Assembly: GCA_043228905.1 (NCBI GenBank)
Contig: JBHGNT010000011.1
Coordinates: forward strand, 21,266,001-21,330,000
Direction: 5' to 3'
Length of the DNA stretch: 64,000 bases
DNA from: Azolla caroliniana
Lineage: Eukaryota > Plantae > Polypodiophyta
A model generated the notes under the pieces. That model was not told the DNA's origin, ran no database searches, and was given only the letters and a program-made list of their open reading frames with translations. Shown here piece by piece: positions 49,038-64,000 of the stretch. How positions within the stretch are numbered: position 1 is the stretch's first letter; every line of letters begins with the position of its first letter. The position numbers and the translations under genes are program-made.

Positions 49038-51709
49038 TGCAAAGCTCGCATGGGGAGATCATGTTCCAATTTTTATCGATGTATATTATTCTTATCATCC
49101 ATTTCCATAGCTCATTTCATATTATTAATTATTAATTCGTTGAACATGCCACGCAAATTATTATTTAATTGTTTCTCTTTACTTTAAAAACTAAAGAGAA
49201 ATTGAAATAAGAAAATTTCATGTAGCCTATTCAATGTCCATACTTTCCTTTTAAAAAGCCAAATGTTGCACTTTGTCACTCATTGATCATGTTGAAATCA
49301 GAAAAGCAAACAATTTTTTATATACAATCCAATGCACTTTTGAAACAAAAAAGAATATATATGTCCATGTTCCGTTTCAATCAATAGTATAACTAATGAC
49401 ATATGAAAGGCCCCATTTCGAACCACGTCATACAAAATCGCTATTGTGTGAACCATGGTTCATTATTCAGCATTGTAGTGTCATTTGGCCTACAAAGTGC
49501 TTGAATTACACTATTAGGTAGCTTTCCCATTTTTCTTAACCGAAAGATGGTTGTGATGAGAGAACGAAAGAGATTGTTTTGTTTCAATAGTTAAAAGAAA
49601 ATGTGCACCTAACTGTTTACAATTGTTTAAGTATTGCAAGTTGACCATGGCATTACTTGTATTTATCCCATGAACTTTCCCTCCTCGTGGACTTGGTGAC
49701 TCAAGTCATGAACCAAACTTTGGGCAAGTGGGAGTATCATGTAGTTCCCCTTTATATATAGCCTAATACTTTACTCCCAAACAACCACATGTTCCCATGC
49801 GTTGTATGTTCTTATGGGTTTGTCTTAAGTCTTAGGAGAACTAGTTTCTCACTTTTACTACCATTAAACCATTAAATTTAGCTTTAGGAATGGTCCTTAC
49901 AATTATTACAACGGAGTAATTAAATTTTAACATCTAATAATTTATACTTAATCTTAATCATTTAGACTAAACATCAAATATATCATGTCCAAGACGTTTG
50001 AGGGAGATGGTGCATTAGGTTAATCACAAGCACTAGCTTGATTCTCTTCCTCAAGGATACACATTATGGATTGCCCAACCCTAGGGACACTCCCATAATT
50101 TTAACTTTATGTATTTGTTGGCTAGGGGTTTAGATGGGTTGTGTGGCAAGGTGCAAATTTCAAGTTCATATTTGCCATTGTCTAATTGTACTTTTTGTTG
50201 CTAGTAACAAAATTACAAAAATCCCACAAACTTTTGCGTAAGGTAAGTTCATTTTAATTTTTATGAGTTAATAATTATGACATCTCACGTTGGAGAAGCT
50301 CACCAAAATAGCAAAAATCATCGACAACTTCTTAAGTTGGATTTTATATTCAAAATTTTGTAAAGGTTGGAGAAGTTTGTTTGGATGCTATATATTGGAT
50401 TTTGTTTGTTTTGCAAAATTTTATATTAGATAGGAACTTGACATGTTTTATTTGCTTGTACACTAATGTCCCAATAGTTGAGATGATGACATACATTAGT
50501 GGACATGTCCAATGTCCACAAGGGCCAAACATCACTAATAGGACCTTGAGAGTAAAATATATCTAATGACTCCCAATCCACCACAAAAAGATCTTCACCA
50601 TTATCCTTGTAGCTCCAAATAAGCAAGATTTCATAGGGCTCCTCCAATAAACACTCAACATGTGGGAAGAGAATCAAGATATGAAGTTAGGACTATTGAA
50701 AAGCCAGAGGAGGTGCAGAGAGTAGTTGACATACAAGTGTGTGTTGTAGCTACCAAGTAATGAAGTTCAATGACAAACTTCATGAGCATCCCATCCAATA
50801 GGAAAATGTTCTCGTGTCACGCAATATATAAAACTAAAGCAAATCACATGAACATAATTTATCAATACCATTTGAAACAACCTTCTATGTGCATGTTATT
50901 GTCATGTATTCATTTGGAATCTTGTTTTGTACACTTTGCAGAATCTTGTTTTGTACATCTACATCCATGTGCTTAGCTCAATCACAGTTTTCACCCATAT
51001 ATTTGGGCAGTGCGTACACATTGCTTTCACTTATTTTATTTGTGAACCGAAAAAGAAATACCAATAATCCTCTGTGGTTCACTTTAATGACTACCTACAT
51101 ATATCAACTTATAATTGTCTCATAAAGTGCATTCTTTTATTTTTGTAGATATGGATAGAAAAACAAGTCATTCAAACTAGGTGCCATTCACAATCAGACA
51201 TTTTGAAAGAGTATTCCTGTTTATCAATGCCTCGCACTATAACCCAACAAAGCCTCATATGTTGGATTCCAGGATTCAAAATATGAGGGTCATACGAAGA
51301 AAATTTTGTGACATATTTGAGAGAATAATCCGTTTCAATGAATATAAGAAAACCCCTCATATACAGGAAATCTATTAATTTGTTTTTTTTCTGTTCCTTT
51401 AGAGCAATGGCCTGTTAACAAAATATTTAACTATGTTGATCCGCATACAATAATGTACGGATCATTATGTTAGTAAGGCATACAGGGGAAAGGCTCGTTA
51501 GCGCAATGGTCCCTTGATGAATATGTTTATGCTAATATGAGAATACATTAATTAACCTTTGTGTAAGAAACACGTAGTTATATAACTGGGAGTCTAATAT
51601 ACTGAGAAAGTTATAAATTTCGCTCCCTATATTTAGAACTATCTGATGATAATGATGATAATGAGCGACAATAGTAGACCCTGCGATAAAGCTTCTGAAG
51701 GTATTCAAC

Positions 51710-54536
51710 CTAAAATCTACCCCCAGCAGCTGCCAAGTTTTCTTCACTGGTATATGTCTCATCTCCTCCTTTACATATTCTTCAATTAAACCATGTTGTC
51801 GCTGACTCAAACTCCTAATGAAAACAAACCCTTCACATATTTTGGAAGACACAAATTTTGTTGTGGGAATTGAAGAGCCCAAAATAGATTATGCTTACCT
51901 AGGTATTGTAACCAGAAGATGAACAAACAAATCCCCATAAAATGGAGAGTTCAAAGCTTTGATTCCTGCATTGTACATGTACACTGTTCCAGATCACATA
52001 ATCCCAATATTAAAAAACACTTCTCTGATCTGAGATAACAGCATTACAATCATATTTACCTCTTCCTCTAAGTACTTCCTTATGGCCATGTTGTGTCCCT
52101 GAACGCACCTGAAAGAAACAAGAAACATTAATCAATCAGTCACCATGCCCACTTATATGTATGCATATGAAAAACCTGTCACATGCTGAAAAAGAAGCAA
52201 CAACAACGAACAGTTTTCAACTTACGTAGTTAAGACTTTTTGACAGTACACATCACCAGTAAGCAAAGCAAACATATTTGATTGAAATTCCGAGAAATGC
52301 ATTAAACAACAACCACCTTTACCTTCAATATGACATCCCCACTTAGTGTAGGTACTTGCACTTTACCCCCAAGAATAGCCTGGTGACAAAATCCATTGAC
52401 ATTTTTAGCTTGATGATTCGATCAACAACAGCATTTGCTGTAAAATCCAATAGCATGTTACCGTAGCAAAACTAATGGGTGCATCCACATGAACATTATT
52501 TCCCTCTCCCCTCCTGAAAACTAGATCCAGTAAAACCTATGAATCAAACCTTATGCATTTATTTTCCATCATCAGTTGAGTATGAATAGCAGCGAACAAA
52601 ACAATAGCCACAAGAAAAAATTTAACCTTCATTGTAACATAAACATCTCCAGGCCGACTTGATTGTGGAGAGCATCCTCCCTCTCCAGGCACTCTTATGG
52701 TATTATCATTATCTACGCCTTCAGAGAGACAAAAGAATCTGGTAGGAAAAACACTTTTATTATAAGATTAAAAATACCACAAAAGATACCCACTTACCAG
52801 CTGGTATGTTGACTGTCACTGATTTCTTTGTCTTCGCTGCTCCTTTTCCACTGCATTTAGAACATTTCTCCTGCAATGTAAGAAACTGCTATTTTTCAAG
52901 GCATTAAATTATTTTGAGACGATCAAACAGCATTTCCAAAACATGTATTTACCGTTACAACTTCACCAGTACCATCACAATGCGTACATGGCTTTTGAAA
53001 CATAAATCCTGGATATGGCTGGTGAACACTCTACATAATGTAGCATTGCAAATGATTAACATCAACTTTTGCAAGATTTAAATACAAATATGAACATTTA
53101 CTACGTTCTCAGCTATGCAGAAGGTTCGCAAAAATCAAAACTCACCATTCCTGAACCTTTGCACAAACTACAAACTTGAGATTTCACACCTCGAGCCACA
53201 CCAGTTCCACCTAGACAAGCAAGAGAATCAATCGAGAACATGATCAAAAGTCTCTAGGTGTCAATTAGAATCTGTAATAATAAAAACTCATATAATTTGG
53301 ATGCAAAAAATGCATTGAGAAAACTAAAGTGCTTACTGCAAGCATCACAGCGTGAAGCAGCATACAAGGAAACCTTTTTCATACATCCATTAACCGCTTC
53401 ATGGAATGTGATATCAATAGAAATCTGCAGATAAACGTGTTAAAAATAAGAATAAAAAACAAGTACCCCAGAGAAAAGTCAAGGATATAATGATTACCTT
53501 TACATCTTCAGAGTCTCCACCCATTCCATGAGCACCTTTCATCATTTTAAAGAGGTATTTTCAAGATCAAATTTAAACAATTTAACAGTCAATAAAGATC
53601 AATATACATTTTTTATACATGGGTAATACAGGAAATCAACACGAAAGCTTATCATTCAAGATCCACACGACATCATATTCTTAGGAGCATGATCAATCAT
53701 TTTGTACACATCTAATCATTTACATAATACAAAGGCTTTCGTGGTTAAATGAAGTAAAGAGGTAAGTGCTTTCACGTGTTGATGGATAACGTGGTCTTTG
53801 CAATTGGAGAGTGACATCCCCCAATCCCTCAGCTGCCTCATTGTGAGAAAGATGACCCCTTAGAACTTAGTGGTGACCCTTGAAACTGCAACAATCCAAG
53901 GTACTTACTGGGAAACAAGATTCAGCTGTTTTCACAATAGTATGCACAGTATTCTCCTTTTATTAACTCAAAAGTAAATAAAGTGCTTCGGTACCATGAT
54001 AAACAATCAAGTTTCGTGTGCAGTTCGCTTCATACTACAGAATTGTTTGCATGATAGCAAACACTAAAGAAAACAATGTGCAGTTATTGGCCAAATATTA
54101 GCTCAAAAGTAAATACATAGCTTAGGGATACTGGAGAAAGGCACACTTGACACTTCAAACTGCCTTCCAATTGGAACAACAAGAATAGAAACTATGATCA
54201 CTTCCCATTATTTGTCAACTAAGAGATTGGCTATATCACATTCTGACCTCATCAAAACCGCCAAAACCTCCAAACCCGCCAAAACCACCAGCTCTAAAAC
54301 CAGGTCCACCACCAGAACTCATTTTCACAAATGCATCATACCCGGCCAGTGAAGCAAGAAGCAAAGACAAAAAAGGGAAAAAAACATGTCTGGATGTTCT
54401 ACACATGCATCTGATATTTTGAATTACAGTTGATAAGGCGCCGTTATAAAATTTACGAGAAACTAGAGAAATTATTAATATTACCAACACTATTATTAAT
54501 ATTTAGGTGAACCCTTCTTCTTCTTCATGGAGAAAC

Positions 54537-54586
<50 letters not shown>

Positions 54587-56406
54587 AGAGGACTCCTTCA
54601 GCCATTTTAACGACCATGTATGCCATTAGCTGGCAAAATGTAGAGCATATTATGATGAACAATTACTCAAAATCCAAACACTTCATCATGCAAACCTTAT
54701 CATATGAAGCTCGTTTTTCATCATCTTTCAGTGTCTGCCATGAAACCAAACTTTCTTTTTAAGGTCTTCGTTTCAAAGTCAAAATCCATGTGTAATTAAG
54801 CATAAACGAAATTCCAGTATCTTGAGACCTCATAAGCTCTTTGAATCTCTTGAAACTTCTTCTCGGCATTTGGATCATCTTTATTGATGTCTGGGGATGA
54901 TGCTTCTTCGCCATCTGCAAAGAAAACACTACAACTTGTAAGCTAAAAAAATGCAGAGGGAATACTCTCTTTGATAACATAACTATTAAAAAAGAGATAT
55001 AGTTGTAACCTAAAACAGTACCACGTAAAAACTCTAATTTGTGACAGAAAAACGTATGAACCGCGAAGACACAATAGCAAAACTTTATGCATTTCAAAAG
55101 CTTTAGTTACCACATAGTAAGCTTTCTTGATCTCAGATTGTCCTGCGCCTTTCTTAACACCAAGAATGTCATAATAATCTCTGCTAGCCATAGCTTGACC
55201 TTCCAAACGAGTTAACTATAATCACTTTCAAGATACTCCAAAAAGCTCTCTTGGAAGAAATGATGGTCATATGTTGAAAATACCAGTGTATAAATGTTTT
55301 TCAACTCACATGTGAATGTGTACCTGTGGCATGAAGCATCGATTCTTTTGTCGAGAATCAAACTGATAAATCCTATTTTTCCGAAAAATTAGATCGCCGA
55401 GATGAGCTATCAAGGAAACAATTGTGTTAACCTTTGTCTGTTCCTTCATTTGCCGCATTCCAAAACACTTAAAAGTACAGCAGCATTTTGTTTACCAAAC
55501 AAATAGATATTAGCTTCAGAGACATCCAAATTTCTTTGTCAGTTCCATCATTGCCACATTTTCAACATTCAAATAAACAAAAGAACTTCATATTGATCAA
55601 GAAAATATACTGAAGTTTCAGATTCGTACCAGTCCTCAGTCTGTTCCATCTTTTTCATGTTTCAACATTTAAATAAACAGTAAAACTTTGCATTGACCAT
55701 AAACATTTGTCTCGTGCTCACATTCAAACCAATAAAATAGAAAAACTTGCTTTCATCATAAACATTGTCTTTTACATCATTTAGCAGATAAATAAGCAGA
55801 TCACTTGTCTGTTCAATAATATTTGCAACATACATCATCAATCAAAAAACAGGAAATTTTGCATTCATCGATAAACCATTGTCTAGTTCATCCTTAACCA
55901 CATAATTTCATGAAACAAATAAAGAGATATTTCCTATTCATCGAGACCCTTTGAGTAGTTCATGATTTAACACGTGTTTTATAAATAAAAATCAACAGCA
56001 AATTTCACATACATTCTAAATCATTGACTGCTCCATCATTGCCAAATTGTATCAATCTTTTTCATCATTAGCCTTTGTCTTATCCATCATCATTTCACGG
56101 CGAATTTCTTCCAAACATAGCAACATAAAACCTCGCGTTCATCACAAAACTAGTATGCTCCAGCATTTTCCAATTTTCATCGTAAAAAGCTTGTCTGATC
56201 AATCAAATCATTTACAATGAGCATTAATCGAATAGAATAACAAAAAAATTATCTTCTCATGTCAAATTACCTGAGCTAAATCCATCGGTGTTGGTATGGT
56301 AAGAAGAAGAAGTGCAAGGCTTTGATGGGTTCTTGATATAATCCTTCGTTGTCCTCCGCGATACTGTTGCAGTTCGAATTCTCCTGAGAGTAGACATGCG
56401 AGGCAT
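51710..56406 (-). pseudogene. Type I DnaJ/Hsp40, mitochondrial GFA2-like, ~17 exons, with frame lesions (pseudogene or assembly errors)
   Basis: R/S/T-rich presequence exon (56271-56406), DYYDILGV, KFQEIQRAYE, G/F region, four CxxCxGxG repeats (52800-53350), IPAGVD, AILGGKVQVPTL and GDLFV. HPD is interrupted by extra Cs. Confidence 0.8.
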
Positions 56407-57004
56407 AGTTCGCTCTCTCTGTGTTTCTGTAACTGTTCTCTGTATGTTTCTGGCTAAAACCCGAACCATAAACCCTACGCCCTAAACCTTCATTCAGTTA
56501 TCTGGTATATTCTAGAAACTTAACGACTCCGACCCCAAATTTTCGTTTATTTCCCTGAGATGCCCCTCTCGTTGTGGTTTCTTCTATTTCGGCGTCATGC
56601 CCCCCAAACCATCCCTTAATGTGGAGAGCCGAGCAATGGCATGGCAGCATGGTAGCTATTTTTGCTCCGCTATGTCGGGCAAGATTCAATGAATCTGCTG
56701 ACACTTCATGGTTTCCAAAGATAGGACTTCTTCTTCAATGTATTTTAGTGGGTCGTCATTGTATTTTAGTCATTGAAACCACCTTGATTCTACAAGGTTA
56801 AATGAATGATTGTTAATTGACGATTCCAATAATATCGTAGCATATATCAGCCACGAGAATGCTGATTGGGAAATTCTTCTTTGTTGTGGTCGGAAACAAC
56901 TTAGTTGTTGAGGTTGGTTACCCAATGCAATTTTTTTAGCAATTTCTTTCTTTGCCCAAGTTTCCTTTTCTTATATGTAACGGTAGACTTTGTGTGAGAA
57001 TTTG

Positions 57005-58800
57005 TTTTTTTTTTTCAAGAAAGAAACACCTTAGTATATTACTTAGAGAAATGTACATAGAAAACAGAAGGAGACATTTCATTTCACCTCTATTGTAAGA
57101 CAAAAGCTACTACCAACATCTGATCAAACTGATGATATCATATAAGAAACGAATGGAGCACAATCTACAAGTTATGCAATAAAAAAGAAGGTATGGCATA
57201 ATTCCACTTCATACCATAAGTTGTATCTGAAAATAAGTGAAGCCCTCACCACCGTTTCTTAAAAGTCCACTTGACGTTGCCTTTGAGCATCAATTGAACC
57301 CTGCATATCATCATATTGCCCCCACGTATGGTATGGACAAATAACAACCAAAATTCAATAAGCATAGTACTCAAATGTATGTGAGCATTATTAAAAACAG
57401 CCTCACATCTCATTTTCCATATTGTCCAAAGAGCTAATGACGTAATAATACGCCAAATAACCAAATTTTTAGTTCTAAACCGTGGAATAAAATATGGAAA
57501 TGAAGTGAGATAGATGTACCCATTGGAAAAGTGAAAGACATGAGAAGCATGCATACTTTCATACTTCATAACATCTCCATGAAGGACACCCCATAATACT
57601 CCACCCCACGAGAAAATAGAACTAGAATAATGGTGATTCAGTAATAAAAACAACTTACTCCAGAATTGCTTGATTTTGGGACATAACCAAAACAAATGCA
57701 AAATAGATTCCGTAGATGCACCACAATGCATTCCACAAGCATATTGCCGATTTTGCCTCAACCAATCACCAATACGAAGAGCATAATGCATCAACAACCA
57801 ACGAAAACAAATCACTTTTTTCGTCAACTACATACTCCACAATCATTTCCAAAAATTGGTGTGAGAATTTGTTGCGAATTTATAGGCTTAGTAAATTTTC
57901 CTATCGAATTTGTATTCCCTTTCAATTTGACTAAGCTTTTAGTGATTGCTTTCTACCATTGTTTCATGCATGATAATGATATTGCTCCCTTGTATGATAT
58001 CAATTTAAGGTTCTATCAAAGACCGCATTGAGCTTTTGTTAGTTCTCCACACACATTAGGTTCTTTATGATTGTCAACATTTGAAAACGTCGTCAATTGC
58101 ATTTAGAGGTTCCCTCATCAATTGCTACAAATTGTCCATCGTCAATAATAGTTGCCAACTTATAATGTGCATTCCAAGTTCTCCCTTGGAAAGTACTACT
58201 TTTTGTACTTTTTGGCCCTTACACTCACCTCACTACAAAACATGAAATCCCATTTTATCAAGGTCACCTTAACTCCCACTCGATATGTTATAACAACCCA
58301 TCATCAAAAAAATTACATGTGCAACTTATTTGTGGCTCCCTAATCCCACTTGTTCCCATCATGAATGAAACACCAATTGCAATTTATGCCATCAAAATAT
58401 AGTGTTTGTCATAGAGCTTGCATTTGCATTTTGCAATCCAAGTGGCATTTTGTCTATATACATACTCCAAAGTATAACAAGGCGTCTTCTTTGGTCTCTA
58501 AAGCTACCCCTATTCGAAATCACCTACAAAATCTATGAGGCCGTATATCTTTTGTTTTGCCACCACATCTATTATTAGTGTGGTGGATAATGGGTCCAAT
58601 TGGTGTCTTTATTCAAGGGCAAATTCCACACATGTCCAGAACTTATCGTTATCATGGAACATTCACCATATGCAAGGTTCAATTGACATCTCCACTCAAC
58701 AAACAAAACTTGTCTACCAAAACTTAGTGATCGCTCACTTTCAAATTTCTTTTCTTTTATGGTTACAAACCTTCTTAATTTATGAGCATTGGGATTACAA
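57005..58800 (-). mobile_element. Degraded L1 LINE 3' portion
   Basis: zf-RVT-like C..CGASTESILHLFWLCPKIKQFW, then LALWTIWKMRCEAVFN; poly(A) appears as the T-run at 57006-57015. Confidence 0.8.
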
Positions 58801-61800
58801 TCTACTTTTGGTTTGAACCTCGTGTAGGTAATGTTCATATCTCTTGTATGTACACATTTTGTGGCAAATGTGTTTTGCTACCTCTAAAACATGCTATCGT
58901 ATTCTTGCTTTCCTTTTTTGTAAATTTTCCCTAAACTCTTGTTCAAATATTTTTGGTGGATCTTGACATGCTCTAATGTGAGAGTACATGTCCAATGAAT
59001 TTGGATGCACATCACATTTTTTTATGTTTGAGCCATGTACCCCTTCAAGTCAATCTTACCAATAAACCCTTATCTTCTAATGTGATTATTTTATGACATG
59101 TGACATGTTTACCCATTGGTCTCCAAACCAATAAGCTCTTTTGTGTTACTTTTATCCCAATAAGCGATAATGTGTCCACTATGACATGACATTCCTTATT
59201 TTCTAGGGCAAACACATGTAATGCACATCAAATCCTTTTCTCTAGATACATTCTATTAACTTGACTTGGCTATGCCCAAATGTTTCATCAACAAGACATT
59301 AGTCATTCAAACACCACAAACAATGATTTTTTTTTTGCCAACTCCTTCAATATGCATACAAGGCTTGTGACAAAATCTAAAACTAGCATTGTGTCCCACA
59401 CACTTACCTAATGTTCATTAGAACATTTATGGATTAAGGCCATTTGATGGTGCTCACTTTCTTATGGTGAGGGCAAATTCTCGATTCCCTTCTTATCCAT
59501 ATTTAAGTACTAAATGCATGTGCAAATGTCATGACTACCTTTCTCCTTTTGAAGTTTATTTTACAAAGCCACGAGGAGTACTTGTTAGTCAGAGACTTGG
59601 TAACTCCCGATATTATGTGAACTACCACATTGTTGACTTATGAAAAGGGAAAGAGGAAAGATCAACTGCTATCTAAACCGCATTAAATAGAAATTTATAA
59701 TAATAGGCTTATGTTATTCATATAAACTTTACAACATCATGTTTCATTTGTTAGACTTTGTACGTCTAGCTCTAATTACGACCATTAAATTGATCAAGTG
59801 AATCTCATTATCACAATTTGTGCATATCCTATGCTCAATCAAATGAGACAATCCTGTTTTATTTCCTCTTATGCATTTAACAACTAGAACAACTAGAATT
59901 CCAAGCAGGGAATGGTAAGCATGTTTTTTAGTCACACAATGGGTAGAGAGAGAGAGAGAGAGAATCTTGATGTTCACGAAAGACCAATTGCCATATATAT
60001 GTTGTAGTTGAGCTCATGTCGATGATCGAATTTGGTTTTCTTAAATTGAGACATTGATTTGATATGGCATGTATTTTAGGATAAATGATGCATGGTGTAA
60101 CGAAGATGCAGAAAGCATATCGTCAATGAAAAAGAACTTCACATCAAGCTAATTCCCACATATCAAGCATATCTTGCAAGAAACACTGATGGCCTTGTTA
60201 TACACAAGTCTTTGGTTGACCTAAAATTAAAGCAAATTCTTTAATTCATTACCGTGCTAATTAAAAAGTTAACATGTGACAATTGGGATTACAAACTCGA
60301 GTATGCTCGATATGTAATTCCGAAATTTTGGCTTTGTGCATTTATGGGATGAGAGATTGTGTTGCATGGCTTATAAAAGACTCCATCAAAGGCCAAAATG
60401 TCATGCATATTTTGCTCGGTAAATTCCATAACAAGAGAAAAAGTTCTAAAGGTCTAATACAAAAGCAAATATGGCAAATCACAATCATTATCTTTGAAAT
60501 CTTGAAAATTTAGAACACCTTATTCTATCAAGTCAATCTAAGTTTTTTAACTGGATTTGAATAATGAACTTAAAAGTGCATGCACTCACTAGTGAAAAAA
60601 CATTCTTGCATGTAAACAAGAGTTTCATGAATATCTTACTATTCAATATATGCACGTGCCGTTTAAAAATGATATTATCACTCATGGAAATATTGTGTAA
60701 TTAGGGCCTTAAAATTGTGTTCACTTAAAATGCATATATGCGCTCATAATCATGAGTGACCCCCTTTAAGAATCTATCCAATGATCATTGTATATGGGTT
60801 GCTATTTTCTTATGAATCCATGATATAAAAATTGTCCCCTTCACAACGCAAGATAAAATACATGCAAGGGCATGGATGAACTTCATTCGTCTCTTTTAGG
60901 AAAAACTCCCATCTCGCAAAATAGAAACCATGTCATGTTTTTGTCATCCTCTCTCATGTTTGAGCCACCCGAAAGCAATGATCTTGATTATTGTGTTTTG
61001 TAAATCATCATTTTAAGAGAAACTTTTTATAGATGGGGAACTAAACAATATATTCCACTTTGAGTTCAACCCCCAAAACGTCATTGAGCAAAAGGTCGAT
61101 CCTATATTTACCTAGCCATGGGTGATTGTTTCATTTTGTCAATGTGAAGGCTTTAATTTAGCCTCATAGGTAAATTTTAGTTCAATCCTTTAGGTTAAAT
61201 TTAGTTCAATCTTTTTTTGAATGGGTTCACGGTCTGACATATTGGGTCAATGGTTCGGTTTGTGGCTCTAACAATGTTGTGAGCAGTTCAGTTTAAGTTA
61301 GATTTTTTTTTTTCAAGTGGCTTGGTTTTAATGGTTTAGGTTCAAATGATTCGGTTGAAATGGTTTCAAAAGGTTCATGTCAATGGTTTGGTTCAAAATG
61401 GTTTGTTTTAAGTGATCCAAACAAAAAACGAACAGATTTAAACAATAACCTAGATAGAAGGCAAGAACATTCACTATAACAATGGCCCAAGCAAAAAGCT
61501 AAAAGGCCCTTGAAAATTTTCTTAGGTTAGATCTTACACCGCACAATTTCCTTGCTTGTTCGCTCAAACAAATTTCAAGTTTCATTAAACTCGGTGGTGC
61601 CAGAGAAGAATAAACTTTTGGCGTGTTATTGGTGTAGTGTATGCCATGCTTATTTTCGACCAAAGATCATGGGCCACAATGACGAGGTTCGAGCCATGGC
61701 AGCGGACCACGAAGAGTATATGAACCTACATAGTAGAGAGAGAGAGAGAGAGAGAGAGAGTTCGTCTTGCCTATTGGCAATTCAACATGTTCCATTACCC

Positions 61801-61902
61801 ATGTAGTGTAGTGTAGTTAGTGGGTGACCATCCTTCGTGGTCACACCCATTGTAAGTAGTGTTTTTTACACACATTTATTATATTAATATAATTGTGTGT
61901 TT

Positions 61903-61954
<52 letters not shown>

Positions 61955-62458
61955 TGAGCGTGAGCCACACGGAGTTGCCAAAAGAAGGAAGACTTGGGGG
62001 GGGGGAGGGGTAATGCCAATTAATAGGATTTTAATCAACACTCTGTCTTCATCTGGATTAGGATTTTCAGGCGAGAATGAGGGAAGAAGCACAAATGGCG
62101 AGAAGAATCTAGAGAGCCCACAGCCATCAATCATATCATATCATGTCATCAACAGCTAGCCAGCCACCCTTCCCTCCGAACCAAAGCACAGAGAGGCAGA
62201 AAAGCTTGTAAATCCTTCAGTCATTATCATAGATATGCATATACGTAACACATACATACGAAAGAGATAGAGACAGAGACAGAGAGAGGCGTGTATACGC
62301 ATACATACATACGAACGTACGTATGTACGTACATATGACATAGTCATTCATAGCACTTATGTAATGCTCTGTTTCTCATCAGTCTGTCTATCTCTGCTGC
62401 TGCTGCTGCTGCTTCCTCGATGCATCTCTCCAGATTGATTGGGTTCCAGAGCCTTTCC

Positions 62459-63355
62459 ATGGACTGCGATTGCCCATGGACACCTGATGACCTTCATTTG
62501 AGATACCAATACATCTCCGATTTCTTCATTGCGTTAGCTTACTTCTCCATCCCGTTGGAGCTCATCTATTTCGTCAAGAAATCTGCTGTTTTCCCGTACA
62601 GATGGGTTCTGGTTCAATTTGGGGCGTTCATAGTGTTATGCGGAGCAACCCATCTGATAAACCTATGGACATTCGCAGGCCACTCACACATAGTCTCCGT
62701 GGTGATGACCATCGCTAAGATTCTAACAGCCGTGGTCTCCTGTGCCACTGCCCTAATGCTGGTCCACATCATTCCCGACCTTCTAAGCGTGAAGACAAGG
62801 GAGCTGTTCTTGAAGAACAAAGCGGCGGAGCTGGACAGGGAGATGGGCATGATAAGGACACAAGAAGAGACAGGTCGGCATGTGAGGATGTTGACGCAAG
62901 AAATAAGGAGCACATTAGACAGGCATACAATACTGAACACGACATTGGTGGAGCTGGGGAAGACATTAGCGTTGGAGGAATGCACGCTGTGGATGCCAAC
63001 AAGGAATGGGTTAGAGCTACAGCTCTCCCACACATTGATGAGGCAGCATAACCCTGTGCCACTCACAGTACCCCTGCATCACCCAACAATCAAGCAAGTC
63101 TTCAGCAGCCACCGAGCGATTAGCATATCCCCCGACAGCCCTGTCGCGATGACCCGGCCGCGGGCCGGGAAATACATGGTCGGAGACGCGGTCGGTATGC
63201 GTGTCCCGCTCTTGCACCTCAACAATTTCCACATCCGCGATTGGCCCGACCCCTCCAAACGCCCCTTTGCCCTCATGGTCCTCATGGTCCCTTCCGATAG
63301 CGCCCGCCGATGGCATGTCCACGAGCTAGAGCTCGTCGAAGTTGTGGCTGAACAA
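62459..63355 (+). CDS. ETR1: Ethylene receptor subfamily I (ETR1/ERS1-like), first coding exon; gene continues beyond the window
   Basis: MDCDC N-terminal cysteines, [20 protein letters not shown], Cu-binding [18 protein letters not shown] and a GAF domain to ELVEVVAEQ|GT. A 5'UTR intron acceptor ends at 62433. Confidence 0.93.
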
Positions 63356-64000
63356 GTAAAAAACTTCAAAACCTTCTCTCTCTCTCTCTCTCTCGAATGA
63401 ACCTTAATCAATCCTGTAGAGATCACCAATGAACCCTAATCAATCCTGTGTTGTGTTGTGTTGTGTGTTTATCCTTTTTTCCTCATTCCTCATCTTTGTG
63501 TACGCTTTTCTGATTTTAAAACTTGTCATCCCTCGTGTTGTGTGTTGCCATCCTCGTGTATATATGTTTTTTTCCCCTTGTTTTGATCTTTGTGCTTATC
63601 TCGCATATGCATGCGTCTCTCGTCGCAACCCTTGTGTCTCTGGTTTTTCAAGTCCTTTAGTTGGGGTTTCATCGGAGGAGTTGTTGCTAATTACGCCGCC
63701 GCATTCTTACATGTGGCAGCCAAAACACCAAAATATGTAGAGTCCTCGAAAAGTTGTGAAATTTTATAGTAAAATCTTGAAAGCAAAGGGGCTACTTTGG
63801 TGGTTTGCACTACTATTTGGGTGTTTTTTAGATCTTTGTATGGAGTCCGGCCCTCAGAGGCTCATTATAACTTCGAACATCATTGGGAAACATAAGGCAA
63901 AGTGAACTCTTTCCCACGTATGTGGAAAGAAATGTCAGAAAGCTTCTTCAGATATTATTATTGTTGTCAAAATCTACTGAAGGGTTTTTTTCTTTCTTTC

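Noticed and set aside
51492-51511. tRNA-like GGCTCGTTAGCGCAATGGT
   Set aside because: No anticodon arm, T arm or B box follows
61820-61851. Hairpin upstream of ETR1 as a Helitron end
   Set aside because: No CTRR terminus at the expected distance

Overview
Eukaryotic land-plant nuclear DNA; the mix of a Tcn1-like chromovirus, fungal-like Gypsy elements and the intron style suggests a non-seed plant such as a fern (inference). The left half (1-~36 kb) is a deep transposon nest: an apparently intact Ty1/copia, an LTR element with an unassigned ORF (two diverged copies), a 5S-rRNA-derived fragment, LINE remnants and a spliced Sola2-like transposase. It also holds a chromovirus (15282-31269, TSD GAGTG) containing three nested copies of an unusual Gypsy family plus a solo LTR. 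That family has a tRNA-Trp PBS, CpG-centred 4-bp targets, a Gag-PR fusion and a predicted -1 frameshift pseudoknot before RT. The right half has host genes: two tandem 6-exon SLC13/tDT-like dicarboxylate transporters with altered signature motifs, a multi-exon GFA2-like mitochondrial DnaJ with several lesions including one in the HPD motif, and the first coding exon of an ETR1-type ethylene receptor. All calls are by eye, with no database searches.
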